Shown here: piece after piece, positions 20,472-30,199 of the stretch
Position numbering within the stretch: the stretch's first letter is position 1
Layout of the letters: each line of letters begins with the position of its first letter
Source: Candidatus Kuenenbacteria bacterium
GTDB taxonomy: Bacteria > Patescibacteriota > Patescibacteriia > UBA11705 > JABHMO01
Direction: 5' to 3'
Assembly (NCBI GenBank): GCA_013202715.1
Contig: JABMRF010000007.1
Span: 72,566-136,565, forward strand
DNA: 64,000 nucleotides
Position numbers and translations under genes: made by a program
Notes under the pieces: model-generated
Told to the model about the DNA's origin: nothing
Databases searched by the model: none
The model's input: the letters and a program-made list of their open reading frames with translations, nothing else

Positions 20472-20713
20472 ATGTAAAATGCAAAAATCAAAACCACATA
20501 TAAAATAATTTATAAAAAAATATTTTTAATTTTGGTCTTTGATTGTGGTTTTACCCCGCGCACCGGGGTCCCGCCACGCGGGACGTTTTTCATTTTGCAT
20601 TTTCCCTTTGTGAATAAGTTGACATTCTCCCAAAAATATACTATGTTCTTAATATATAGAAATAAATAAATAAGATCAGGCCTTTTTGGCCTGACTTTAT
20701 ATTGAATCAAATT

Positions 20714-21178
20714 ATGTCAAACCAAATTATTTTGACTGAAGAAGGAAAGTTAAAGTTAGAAGCGGAAGTGAAAGAGCTAAAAGAAGTTCGGCGCCCGGAT
20801 ATCATTTCAAAAATTGAACAAGCCAAAGAACTAGGAGATCTTTCTGAAAATGCAGAGTATCATGATGCCAAGGATCAGCAAGGCCTTATGGAAGCTCGAA
20901 TTTCTGAAATTGAAGGGATTCTGAAAAAGGCAGTGATTTCTCAGGTAAGTGATTCAAAAACTGAGATCGGACTTGGCTGCAAATTTATCGTTGAAAATGC
21001 TGATGGAGACAGAAGGGAATTGACCTTGGTTGGATTTAATGAAGCTGAACCACTGGTTGGAAAAATTTCCAATGAATCGCCAATGGGAGTCGCTTTTCAA
21101 GACAAAAAACCGGGAGAGACAGTTGAGGTGGAAGCGCCAAAGGGGATTATTACTTACAAGGTTATTGAGATACTTTAG
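20714..21178 (+). CDS. greA: transcription elongation factor GreA
   Basis: GDLSENAEY, ISNESPMG. Confidence 0.97.
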   Translation: MSNQIILTEEGKLKLEAEVKELKEVRRPDIISKIEQAKELGDLSENAEYHDAKDQQGLMEARISEIEGILKKAVISQVSDSKTEIGLGCKFIVENADGDRRELTLVGFNEAEPLVGKISNESPMGVAFQDKKPGETVEVEAPKGIITYKVIEIL

Positions 21179-21315
21179 TTATAAGATAAAAAAGCAAAGC
21201 AATTGCGCTTGTGCTTTTTTGTTTGGATTGATAATTGACTTGAAAATGTAGTTATGATAAGGTAAAATGATTATGAAATGAGTTCTGTTCTTTCTAAACC
21301 GCCTGGAGGTGTACA

Positions 21316-21783
21316 GTGGGCTATTTCCTGATTACGTTTCTCATGTTTCTTGTGATGTTGTTTTTTTCAAGCAGTGCTCAACAGGATAGAGCCGGCTGGG
21401 CAGGGATGTACGTTGTTCTTGGTACAGCCTTTTCTGCAATGGGATTTTGGTTTTCAGCTTCGCTTGAATATTCCTGGTTTGGTCCGCCAATGGGAATAAA
21501 TGAATTTTGGGTAATTTTTAGCTTAACAATGCTTTGGTATGCAGGATCACTTTTGACCTGGTATGGTTCCTGGAGAATATTTTTTCCGTCAGGAAAGTTC
21601 ATTTTTTCTCTTGATACTTTGAATGTTCCTGTTGCAGAAGGGAGAATTCATTCCCAAATGCAATATTTTGAATTTCGTGACAGAATGAATCAAGCTCACA
21701 GACAATTCAAAGATGCTGAACGTAGAGGAGAAATTCAATCAGGACCGACTATATCGGAACGATCTGATGATGAACATAGATAG
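21316..21783 (+). CDS. orphan membrane protein (cassette F gene 1)
   Basis: GGAGGT SD before GTG, 3 TM; promoter TTGACT(21235)-17-TAAGGT. Confidence 0.65.
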   Translation: MGYFLITFLMFLVMLFFSSSAQQDRAGWAGMYVVLGTAFSAMGFWFSASLEYSWFGPPMGINEFWVIFSLTMLWYAGSLLTWYGSWRIFFPSGKFIFSLDTLNVPVAEGRIHSQMQYFEFRDRMNQAHRQFKDAERRGEIQSGPTISERSDDEHR

Positions 21784-21818
21784 AGTAACATTTTTCTCAG
21801 TTTGAACGGAGGTACAAC

Positions 21819-22139
21819 ATGTTTATTTATTCCATTGTAACTTTCTGCCTGATTTTTCTATTGCTTCATCTTGACAAAGGTGAAAAGTGGGCATTTGCAA
21901 TTCAGTTTGGCTCAATGTTCTCCAGTGCGATTGTGTTTCTGTATATGGTTGAGTTCGGCTACTTTTTCCCAAGTTTAGCCGAGTCGGGATATATGCTTAG
22001 GCACGCTGATTATTTCACATCCCTCAAGGTTTGCGGTTTCATGTTTTCTCTGCTGAATTGGATTCTGCTTTTCAAGTTGACTAGGGGTGGATCAAATAAT
22101 AGAGCGAAGCCAGTAGGTCTAATGCTACCAACTGTCTAG
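21819..22139 (+). CDS. orphan membrane protein (cassette F gene 2)
   Basis: GGAGGT SD, 3 TM. Confidence 0.6.
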   Translation: MFIYSIVTFCLIFLLLHLDKGEKWAFAIQFGSMFSSAIVFLYMVEFGYFFPSLAESGYMLRHADYFTSLKVCGFMFSLLNWILLFKLTRGGSNNRAKPVGLMLPTV

Positions 22140-22151
22140 AAGGGGGGCTGG

Positions 22152-22526
22152 ATGAAATTTGGTATCCAGGACAGGCAAGATGGGGGATCAGACTGCATTT
22201 CACTTGGCGGTGGTATACCAGTGCCAATACCAACCAGGTTTACAGACGAGATAACTGTTGAAACTGCAGCTGAAGTTTGGCAAAAAATTCTCAAGGCTGC
22301 TGAAGATTTCGGTGAAATTTCAGGTTCTTTCACTGAAGAACAAATTGCTCAGGTTCTTGGCTTTTTGAATCTGAAATTGAGCGATTTCGTTCGGCAGTTT
22401 GGTGAACATTTCGAAATCTTCTATGCTATTCATGATGATTATGACCCGGGTGGAATTTTCTACCGTATTTGTCATGATGTAAATGCCGTATTGAAGAGAA
22501 TTGGTCGAGATGACCTAAGAGATTGA
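22152..22526 (+). CDS. orphan hypothetical protein (cassette F gene 3)
   Basis: G-rich SD; terminator cccgcc-aa-gcgggg-T at 22536-22560. Confidence 0.6.
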   Translation: MKFGIQDRQDGGSDCISLGGGIPVPIPTRFTDEITVETAAEVWQKILKAAEDFGEISGSFTEEQIAQVLGFLNLKLSDFVRQFGEHFEIFYAIHDDYDPGGIFYRICHDVNAVLKRIGRDDLRD

Positions 22527-22595
22527 GAAAAACAATCCCGCCAAGCGGGGTTTTTTCTTTGCAAAATTTTGTTATTTAAGTTATAATCTTTTTAT

Positions 22596-23174
22596 ATGAA
22601 CGCAGGAATTACTATCGACCAAGCTCGTGAAATATTAAACAAATACATCAAAAACCCGGCAAATGTTAACCATTGCCGGGAATCTGAGGTTATAATGCAG
22701 GCGTTAGCAAAACGACTTGGCGAAAATGAAGAGTTGTGGGGGATTGCTGGCCTTTTGCACGACATTGACTGGGAATTAGTTCAGGATGATGTTGAACAGC
22801 ATGGAATGAAAATGCAGGATATTTTGAAAGATGAGGGAGTATCTGGTGAACTAATTCAAGTGATTGTTTCGCACGTTGGTGGTTTTACGAAACATTTACC
22901 AGAGAATAATCGAGCAACTAAATTTGAACATGCGCTCGCAGCTGCAGAAACAATAACCGGGCTGATTTATGCCAGCGCTCTCGTTCGCCCGGACAAGAAG
23001 ATTGTCGAAGTGAAAGTCAAGTCAATCAAAAAGAAAATGAAGGATAAATCTTTTGCAGCAAAAGTTAATCGAGATGTTATAATGGAATGTGAGAAGCTGG
23101 AATTAAGTTTAGATGAATTTATTGAGATTTCGTTGAATGCGATGAAGGGGATCGCGAACGAAATTGGTTTGTAA
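22596..23174 (+). CDS. HD/HDIG-domain protein
   Basis: H...GLLHDIDWE, KKKMKDKSFAAKVNRD; family often adjacent or fused to lysS. Confidence 0.85.
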   Translation: MNAGITIDQAREILNKYIKNPANVNHCRESEVIMQALAKRLGENEELWGIAGLLHDIDWELVQDDVEQHGMKMQDILKDEGVSGELIQVIVSHVGGFTKHLPENNRATKFEHALAAAETITGLIYASALVRPDKKIVEVKVKSIKKKMKDKSFAAKVNRDVIMECEKLELSLDEFIEISLNAMKGIANEIGL

Positions 23175-23182
23175 AATAAAAA

Positions 23183-23247
23183 TTTCTACCTGACTTCAGT
23201 CAGCTCAACTGCCCAGGGTGGTGAGCCCACTGGAAGTGGGGCGGAAA
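23183..23247 (+). repeat. four-way-junction structured element, copy 1
   Basis: Outer stem plus three hairpins; homologous to 54546-54642 (minus strand). Confidence 0.75.
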
Positions 23248-23255
23248 ATATCTAT

Positions 23256-24755
23256 ATGGAACAAAACGAAGAAGCGATTCGCTTACAAAAACTTGAAAAA
23301 ATTAAATCAATGGGAATGGAGGCATATCCGGCAAAGTTTGACAAAAAGCAAACACTGGCGGAATGTTTTGATTCCAAAGATGGCAAGAAAGTAAAAACTG
23401 CCGGCCGGGTGGTTATGTGGCGAGATATGGGAAAGCTCACTTTTGCGCATTTGAGTGATTTTTCCGGCAGAATGCAAATTGCTTTCAAGCAAGATGATCT
23501 TGGCCCCTCGGCAGGCTCGGGATTAAACAAAGATGAATATAAACAACTGCAAAAAATAATTGACCTTGGCGATTTTATTGGAGTTGAAGGTGGAATTTTT
23601 ACAACACACAAAGGTGAGCTGACTATTCTTGTTAAAAAGTGGACATTCCTTGGCAAGGCGTTGAAACCATTACCGGAAAAATGGCACGGCCTCAAAGATA
23701 TTGAAGCAAAGTATCGTCAAAGGTATTTGGATTTAATTTCAAATCAAGAAACAATGGAGCGATTTAAGTTGCGTAGTGATTTTATTAGGACTTTAAGAGA
23801 GTTTTACTGGAAAGAAAACTTTTTAGAAGTGGAAACTCCAACACTTTTGCATAGTGCAACCGGCGCTCATGCAAAACCTTACAAAACTCACAACAATGGC
23901 TTGGATATTGATGTTTTTCTTCGAATCTCGCACGAGTTGCCATTAAAACAACTTATTGTTGGAGGGTTTGATAAAATTTTCGAACTTGGTAAAGCGTTTC
24001 GTAACGAAGGTATTGATCCGTCTCATTTACCTGAGCATACTCATTTAGAACATTATTGTGCGTATTGGGACTTTGAAGACAATATCAAGTTTACAGAGCA
24101 GATGTTTGATTATATTTTTGATAAATTGAAAATTCCAAAGAAAATAAAAGTTACCGGCAAAGATGGTAAAGTTAGAGAAGTTGATTTTACAACTCCGTGG
24201 AAGCGGGTAGATTATATTGAACTGATCAAAAAAGATTGCGGTCTGGACGTCGCAAAATATGATAATCCGAAGGACCTAGTTAAAGATTTGAAAAAGAAAA
24301 AGATTAAAGTTGATGATATGGATAATATGGGCCTTGCAACTCTGATCGACAATCTTTACAAAAAGGTTTCCAGGCCGAAAATTGTTGACCCAGTGTTTTT
24401 GTATCACTATCCGATTGAGCTTCAACCTTTGGCTCGGCGGAATGACAAGGATTCTGAAATTGTTGACCAGTTTCAATTAGTTGTCGCCGGCTGGGAAATT
24501 GTCAAAGCGTATTCAGAGCTGGTTGATCCGCTGGATCAAGAAAAAAGATTCAAAGAACAAGCAAAGCTCAAAGAATCAGGAGATGATGAAGCAATGGAAG
24601 GTGACCCAGACTTTGTCGACTCCATGAAATACGGCATGCCGCCAATCTCCGGATGGGGGATGGGTATTGATCGGATTCTGACAATTTTGACTGAACAGGA
24701 AAATTTAAGAGATGTAGTTTTTTTTCCACTGATGAAACCAAAAGAAAAGGAATAA
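23256..24755 (+). CDS. lysS: lysine--tRNA ligase (class II)
   Basis: YRQRYLDL, FRNEGID, YGMPPISGWGMGIDR. Confidence 0.97.
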   Translation: MEQNEEAIRLQKLEKIKSMGMEAYPAKFDKKQTLAECFDSKDGKKVKTAGRVVMWRDMGKLTFAHLSDFSGRMQIAFKQDDLGPSAGSGLNKDEYKQLQKIIDLGDFIGVEGGIFTTHKGELTILVKKWTFLGKALKPLPEKWHGLKDIEAKYRQRYLDLISNQETMERFKLRSDFIRTLREFYWKENFLEVETPTLLHSATGAHAKPYKTHNNGLDIDVFLRISHELPLKQLIVGGFDKIFELGKAFRNEGIDPSHLPEHTHLEHYCAYWDFEDNIKFTEQMFDYIFDKLKIPKKIKVTGKDGKVREVDFTTPWKRVDYIELIKKDCGLDVAKYDNPKDLVKDLKKKKIKVDDMDNMGLATLIDNLYKKVSRPKIVDPVFLYHYPIELQPLARRNDKDSEIVDQFQLVVAGWEIVKAYSELVDPLDQEKRFKEQAKLKESGDDEAMEGDPDFVDSMKYGMPPISGWGMGIDRILTILTEQENLRDVVFFPLMKPKEKE

Positions 24756-24826
24756 AATATTTAAATATTATAAAAGAGCACCATGTGCTCTTTTGTGATT
24801 GTTGTATCAATGTGTGTTTAAAGATT

Positions 24827-25069
24827 CTAGCGATTTAGCCAAGAAGTTTGAACAGAGCTCAAAAAGCTAGGGGTTGCACCTTGTCCGACGCAAACTGCTA
24901 GAACTTCTTCTCTTGATTTGCAATGTGCGAGAGATCCTCTGATCTCTCGATGAAGTGAATTTACTTGATGTGCACTACGTCCCTGAAAATGTCCTACGGC
25001 TTCATTTCTGCTTAGAATTTTTTGAGTGACAAAAGTTTTGAATTGTCTTAGCGCAGCTCTTTCTCTCAT
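24827..25069 (-). CDS. small orphan protein (cassette G)
   Basis: AAGGAGG SD; promoter TTGACA(25137-42)-17-TAAACT; terminator 24772-24794. Confidence 0.6.
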   Translation of the reverse strand: MRERAALRQFKTFVTQKILSRNEAVGHFQGRSAHQVNSLHREIRGSLAHCKSREEVLAVCVGQGATPSFLSSVQTSWLNR

Positions 25070-25208
25070 GTTGGGCCTCCTTATGGCTAGTGAAAAGAAC
25101 AATTGAATAATTAAGTTTATCACAAGTAGAATAATATGTCAATATCGATTAAAAAAATAGGTCCGGGGCGAGGCCCGGACCATGGAAGGAAGAAGTGTTT
25201 ATTGGTGT

Positions 25209-26675
25209 TTAATTTTCTGACTGAAACATCGAGATTTGGTTGTTTGCTATGATTGAAGCAAAGAATGCTTCAGAATCAAACATTTTCATGAGCATGGCAA
25301 AACGATACTCTTCAAGTTCAGCATCGTTTGAGTCATTAGTCCGTTCGTACCGGCTAGTCAATTCTCTGCTGGCTGTGGCTGACAATTGATATAAGTCCGG
25401 TTTAGCTATTTTTGTGTTTATCCTGAAGTATTTATTCCACAAAACTCGAAAATGAAATCTTCCAGGAGCAGAAAAACCATCACTGAAGCGTTTGTCTTGG
25501 CTGTAGAAAAGGCCCAGCTTGGTCTCTTCAAAATCAATGCAGGAAAGAAAAAGGTCTTTGAACTGAAATGAGAAAGTTTTTACAAAACTTGAGAAAGCAG
25601 AATGAACATCGTTCTCAATACCGTAGCTGTTAATAATGTAAGTAAATGAAACTCGTTGGCGGCCATCAAGTGGTGGTGGATGTACACTGCTTTTTTCAGG
25701 ATTAATTTCACATTTCCGATGAAGAAAGATCCAACTACTGTAAATCCGCAAATCAAGATTTGTCTCGGTAGTAAAGCGAAATTCCAGAGCATGACTTTGG
25801 TTGTTGTAAAGAATGTCATAAGAAGTTGTCTTTGGAAAATCTGGCATAAACATCAAAACGTGCCATGGTGTTTTATCTAGGTATTTGTACGTCGGGTTGT
25901 AATATTTAAACCATTGATCAAGAGAAGAAGGACCCTTGCTTGTTCTTAATTCAGATATACATTGGTTTTCAACTAGATAATTCACAAAGCGGGTTTGATC
26001 AATAAATTGCAGAATGTTCTTGAAGTGTATGGTTTCATCGCTGATTCCATATCCAGCAAAAGAAACAAGTTCTGGTTCTTCTGTACTTTCTTGTTCTGGA
26101 TTGAAGCTGTCTGTTTTGCAAGTACAAGGTTGTATCTCATGCATTTGCCATAGGACGTTTATTCTAAAACCGTTCTTGTGTTGGCAGGTCTTACAGTTGG
26201 GTGGAACAAAGGCAATCTCAATGTCTGTTTTGGTCCAATCAATATATTGATACCAGTCGATAAAAGTATCTTCATCAATCTTGTTTGGATTTATTTCGAA
26301 TTCGCTTGATCCTAATGAATTGACTCGACTAAAAGTGACTGTGTAGCTTTCTATGTATTCATAGGGAGTGTTCATTGAATAAGCAGTTTTGATTGAGCCA
26401 TTTTTGATTTCAAAACTTACATCATCTTGCAGTACGAGTTTAGCTTGATAAAGTACTACATTGCCCAGACTATCGTCTTCGAATTGTAAAATGACCGTGT
26501 TGTTTTCTAGCTCTGCACTGAGTTGCAGTTTGTTGCCATATGGGGTCGGGACGGCTAGATAGGCTGACCAGAATGCTGAGCACTGGTCATTGCTTTGAAT
26601 TAGTGATTCAGCAAGAGTGACTCTAGAAAAACCAAGAACCAACAAGAGAGCCAGAACAGTACGTAGCTTCTTCAT
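25209..26675 (-). CDS. secreted orphan protein with internal domain duplication (cassette H)
   Basis: Signal peptide; AGGAGG SD; promoter TTGACA(26743-48)-16-TACACT; terminator 25150-25181. Confidence 0.75.
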   Translation of the reverse strand: MKKLRTVLALLLVLGFSRVTLAESLIQSNDQCSAFWSAYLAVPTPYGNKLQLSAELENNTVILQFEDDSLGNVVLYQAKLVLQDDVSFEIKNGSIKTAYSMNTPYEYIESYTVTFSRVNSLGSSEFEINPNKIDEDTFIDWYQYIDWTKTDIEIAFVPPNCKTCQHKNGFRINVLWQMHEIQPCTCKTDSFNPEQESTEEPELVSFAGYGISDETIHFKNILQFIDQTRFVNYLVENQCISELRTSKGPSSLDQWFKYYNPTYKYLDKTPWHVLMFMPDFPKTTSYDILYNNQSHALEFRFTTETNLDLRIYSSWIFLHRKCEINPEKSSVHPPPLDGRQRVSFTYIINSYGIENDVHSAFSSFVKTFSFQFKDLFLSCIDFEETKLGLFYSQDKRFSDGFSAPGRFHFRVLWNKYFRINTKIAKPDLYQLSATASRELTSRYERTNDSNDAELEEYRFAMLMKMFDSEAFFASIIANNQISMFQSEN

Positions 26676-26987
26676 TTCCCGCCTCCTGGGATTGAATTGT
26701 CAAGGACCAAAGTATATTGAAGTGTAGCATTATAAGTTGAATTGTCAACCCTTTGCTAAATTTGATAGATTTGGGTATAATATAAGTATGAATTGTGACG
26801 TATGAATTATGAATTAAGTAAATATAATTGGAACATCTCCCCTCGGGGGATTTATAAGAAAGTTAATTAGAAGTTAATTAAAGGTAATTTAAGTTACATA
26901 AAAGAAAGTTAATTAAAAAAAGGATTAAGGCCGAATATTTGGTTGTCTTGTTACACCTTGTTTCGCCCTTTTTCGCCTTATAAAAAT

Positions 26988-28256
26988 ATGTTAGATATCA
27001 AATATATCCGTGAAAATATTGAGCAACTGAAAAACGTTGCTCGCCACAAGAATATTGAAGTTGATTTAGAAAAATTGTTGGGGCTAGATGACCAGCGGAA
27101 GAAATTAACTCAAAAAATTGAAGAACTTCGAACAAAGAAAAATCAAGTTAGCAAAGAGATTCCGGGAATGCAGGAAGGTGAAAAGTCTGCTGCACTGAGA
27201 GAAATGAAAGAGGTTGACGCATTGCAGGGTGAATTGGAACAAAAATTCAAGCCAGTAATGGAAGAACTACAAACATTGTTACTAAAAGTTCCAATGTATG
27301 TTCATGAAGATGTCCCAGTTGGAATTGATGAGACTTCAAATGTTGAACTAGAGCGCATCGGCGAAGTTCCTAAATTCAAATTTGCGCCAAAAGATCATCT
27401 TCAACTTGGGAAGGATTTAGGTATCATTGACAATGAGCGTGCGGTCAAAATCGGTGGAACTCGATCTTATCTTTTGAAAGGTGACGGCGCGCGATTGGAA
27501 TTGGCACTCATGAAGTATGCTTCTGATTTTATTTCTAGAAAAGGTTATGACCTGATGAGCGTTCCGGTTATTGTAAATAGAGAAGCTCTCGAAGGAACAG
27601 GATTTTTTCCAGGCGCTGAGGAAGAAACGTATCATTTGGAAAAAGATGATAAATATTTGGTTGGTACCTCAGAAGTTGCGCTTGGCTCTTTTCATGCTGA
27701 TGAAATACTTGAAGAAAAGGATTTGCCAAAGAAGTTTGCCGGCTACTCAGTTTGTTTTCGTCGTGAGGCGGGAGCGTATGGCAAGGATACTCGCGGGCTG
27801 TATCGAGTTCATCAGTTTTTGAAAGTTGAACAGTTTGTGATTTGCAAAAATGATAATGAAGAAAGCATGAAAATGTTCAGCGAGCTTCTAGCCAATTCAA
27901 AAGAATTTTTACAAACATTGAATTTGCCATTTCGAACTCTGAATATTTGTACCGGTGATATGGGGCAGGGAAAATATTACATGAATGATCTTGAAACCTG
28001 GATGCCGAGTAGGGGAGACTATGGTGAAACTCATTCTTGTTCAGCTCTTCTTGATTTTCAAGCAAGGCGATTAAATCTTCGATACAAAGACAAAGAGGGC
28101 AAAGTTCAGTTTTGTCATACCTTGAATAATACTGTGATTGCCACACCGAGGGTTCTGATTCCGATTCTTGAATTAAATCAAACTGAAGACGGAAAGGTTA
28201 AGATTCCGGAGGTTCTTCAGCCGTATATGGATAATCAGCAAGTAATTGGAAACTAG
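26988..28256 (+). CDS. serS: serine--tRNA ligase
   Basis: MLDIKYIREN, GTSEV, FRREAG, GLYRVHQF, HTLNNT. Confidence 0.97.
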   Translation: MLDIKYIRENIEQLKNVARHKNIEVDLEKLLGLDDQRKKLTQKIEELRTKKNQVSKEIPGMQEGEKSAALREMKEVDALQGELEQKFKPVMEELQTLLLKVPMYVHEDVPVGIDETSNVELERIGEVPKFKFAPKDHLQLGKDLGIIDNERAVKIGGTRSYLLKGDGARLELALMKYASDFISRKGYDLMSVPVIVNREALEGTGFFPGAEEETYHLEKDDKYLVGTSEVALGSFHADEILEEKDLPKKFAGYSVCFRREAGAYGKDTRGLYRVHQFLKVEQFVICKNDNEESMKMFSELLANSKEFLQTLNLPFRTLNICTGDMGQGKYYMNDLETWMPSRGDYGETHSCSALLDFQARRLNLRYKDKEGKVQFCHTLNNTVIATPRVLIPILELNQTEDGKVKIPEVLQPYMDNQQVIGN

Positions 28257-28389
28257 AAACTGGAAACTTGGGTTGAGACTAATATAAAAAAGTAAGCAGG
28301 TTTTGTGAAAGCAGGGCCTGCTTTTTTATTGCATTGACATTGTCAACTTTATTTGCTATATTAATATATTAACAATTAAACAGCGGGAG

Positions 28390-28749
28390 ATGGTTATGAT
28401 AATGGGAATTGTAGCTACAGTAATGCTCTCAATCCTAAGTCTGTGGATTGCACTGCGATTTGACTTGGAAAAAGTACCGGTTCAAACCTGGTCGGATCTA
28501 TTTGTGATTTTTTCTGCTGTGTTGTTTACTCCGTACATGTTCTTTGAATGGTGCTTGTTTTCAAAGGAAGAAGACAAGGAATGGCATAAAAATCATTTGC
28601 AATATCTTCTGTTGGTTGTTATTAATTTGTTACTTTTGGGTATTATCGGCAGATATGTATTTGATGCCCTCAATCTGTACATCGTTCCAATGGTTTGCTT
28701 TATTGTGTATGCATCGGGATTTGCTTACAAAAGAATGAGGCAATCATGA
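28390..28749 (+). CDS. orphan 4-TM membrane protein (cassette I gene 1)
   Basis: Promoter TTGACA(28334)-17-TATATT; GGGAG SD (start may be 28396). Confidence 0.65.
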   Translation: MVMIMGIVATVMLSILSLWIALRFDLEKVPVQTWSDLFVIFSAVLFTPYMFFEWCLFSKEEDKEWHKNHLQYLLLVVINLLLLGIIGRYVFDALNLYIVPMVCFIVYASGFAYKRMRQS

Positions 28750-28922
28750 TTCGGCAAGATATAATTAGGCTTGCTTCAATAGTAGCTTTCTTGGATACCT
28801 TGTTTATGGATCCCCAATACTTTTATGTGTCAGTATTGGCAATAGCGATGATTATCGCCGGCTTTGAATATTTTCAGTACAAAACTAAAGATAGAACAAC
28901 CCTAAGCAATGACCAGTTATAA
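28746..28922 (+). CDS. small 2-TM protein (cassette I gene 2)
   Basis: ATGA overlap with upstream gene, GAGG SD, terminator follows. Confidence 0.5.
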   Translation: MIRQDIIRLASIVAFLDTLFMDPQYFYVSVLAIAMIIAGFEYFQYKTKDRTTLSNDQL

Positions 28923-28978
28923 AGTAGCTGGTTGTTTTTTTTGCGAAAATTTCATTTTTCAGGTAAAATGAACTGTAT

Positions 28979-30139
28979 ATGCAAGACAAGACCTGGGTCG
29001 AAATATCCCGAGAAAATTTAATTCACAATATCGAGCAATTCCGCCAAAGAGTAGGAGGGGAGGTTAAGTTGGCCGGAGTTGTGAAGTCGAACGCGTATGG
29101 ACATGGACTGGTGGATACGGTTAGCGTGATTGAGCAGTATGTAGATTGGATTGCGGTTGATAGTGTTGACGAAGCCTTGGAGTGTAACTCACTCCGTGAA
29201 GGCGACACGTCGACGTGTCGCCTTCACGTTCTTGTTTTAGGGTACACTTTATTTGACCGGTTGGAAGAGGTAGTTGAAAATGGATTTCATCAGGTCGTGG
29301 CGAATGTCGAAACGTTAGAAGAATTAATTCCGATTTGTGAGAAATTAAATAAGCCGGCTCACATCCATTTGAAAATTGAAACTGGAACTGCACGGCAGGG
29401 GATTTGGCAGGATGACTTACCAAGGTTTTTGGATAAATTTGATAATTGTGAACTTCTTAATATTGCTGGCGTTTCAACTCACTTCGCCAATATTGAAGAT
29501 ACCACTGATCATAGTTACGCTAAACAACAATTAGAAAAATTTAAACAAGCGGTTCAATTTATTGAGCAGTGGGGGAGTGGGAAGTATGAGGGACTAATTA
29601 AACACACCGCTTGCAGTGCTGCTACGGTTTTATTTCCAGAAACGTATTTTGATCTTGTCCGAATCGGAATCAGTATGTATGGCATGTGGTCGTCAACTGA
29701 AACTCAAGTCAGCGCCATGCAAAAGGGGATTCAGATAGATCTCAAGCCGGCTTTAACTTGGAAAACAAAAGTTGGGCATTTGAAAGTTTTACCAGCCGGA
29801 AGCGGAGTTAGTTACGGCTGTACTGAAAAAGTAACAACGGCAACAAAAATTGCCGTTTTACCGATTGGATATTGGGACGGATATGACAGAAAATTATCCA
29901 GTGTTGGGAATGTTTTAATTCGCGGTAAAAGATGTCGAGTTATTGGTCGAGTTTGCATGAATATGATTGTGGTTGATGTCAATCATGTGCCGGATATTCA
30001 GCTTGAAGACGAAGCTGTTTTACTAGGGAAACAAGGTGATGAAGAAATTACAGCGGAAGAGATTGCGCGCAAGGTTGGAACGATTAACTATGAAGTTGTA
30101 ACGAGAATTAATCCACAAATTAGAAGAGTGGCTGTATAA
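28979..30139 (+). CDS. alr: alanine racemase
   Basis: VVKSNAYGHG PLP lysine, IGYWDG, GRVCMN, TINYEV. Confidence 0.96.
   Translation: MQDKTWVEISRENLIHNIEQFRQRVGGEVKLAGVVKSNAYGHGLVDTVSVIEQYVDWIAVDSVDEALECNSLREGDTSTCRLHVLVLGYTLFDRLEEVVENGFHQVVANVETLEELIPICEKLNKPAHIHLKIETGTARQGIWQDDLPRFLDKFDNCELLNIAGVSTHFANIEDTTDHSYAKQQLEKFKQAVQFIEQWGSGKYEGLIKHTACSAATVLFPETYFDLVRIGISMYGMWSSTETQVSAMQKGIQIDLKPALTWKTKVGHLKVLPAGSGVSYGCTEKVTTATKIAVLPIGYWDGYDRKLSSVGNVLIRGKRCRVIGRVCMNMIVVDVNHVPDIQLEDEAVLLGKQGDEEITAEEIARKVGTINYEVVTRINPQIRRVAV
29195..29228. repeat. 34-bp perfect palindrome inside alr
   Basis: cgtgaaggcgacacgtc|gacgtgtcgccttcacg. Confidence 0.9.
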
Positions 30140-30146
30140 AGTTAGG

Positions 30147-30184
30147 GAGGTGTAAGGGTTCAAGATTTTGAACCCTTACACCTC
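30147..30184. repeat. REP-like perfect hairpin
   Basis: gaggtgtaagggttcaa-gatt-ttgaacccttacacctc (17-bp arms), no immediate U-tract. Confidence 0.75.
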
Positions 30185-30199
30185 TATATCTTTTTTCCT

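Noticed and set aside
23183-23247. tRNA (cloverleaf-like fold)
   Set aside because: No T-loop GTTCRA, no D-loop GG in position, no 7-nt anticodon loop, no CCA
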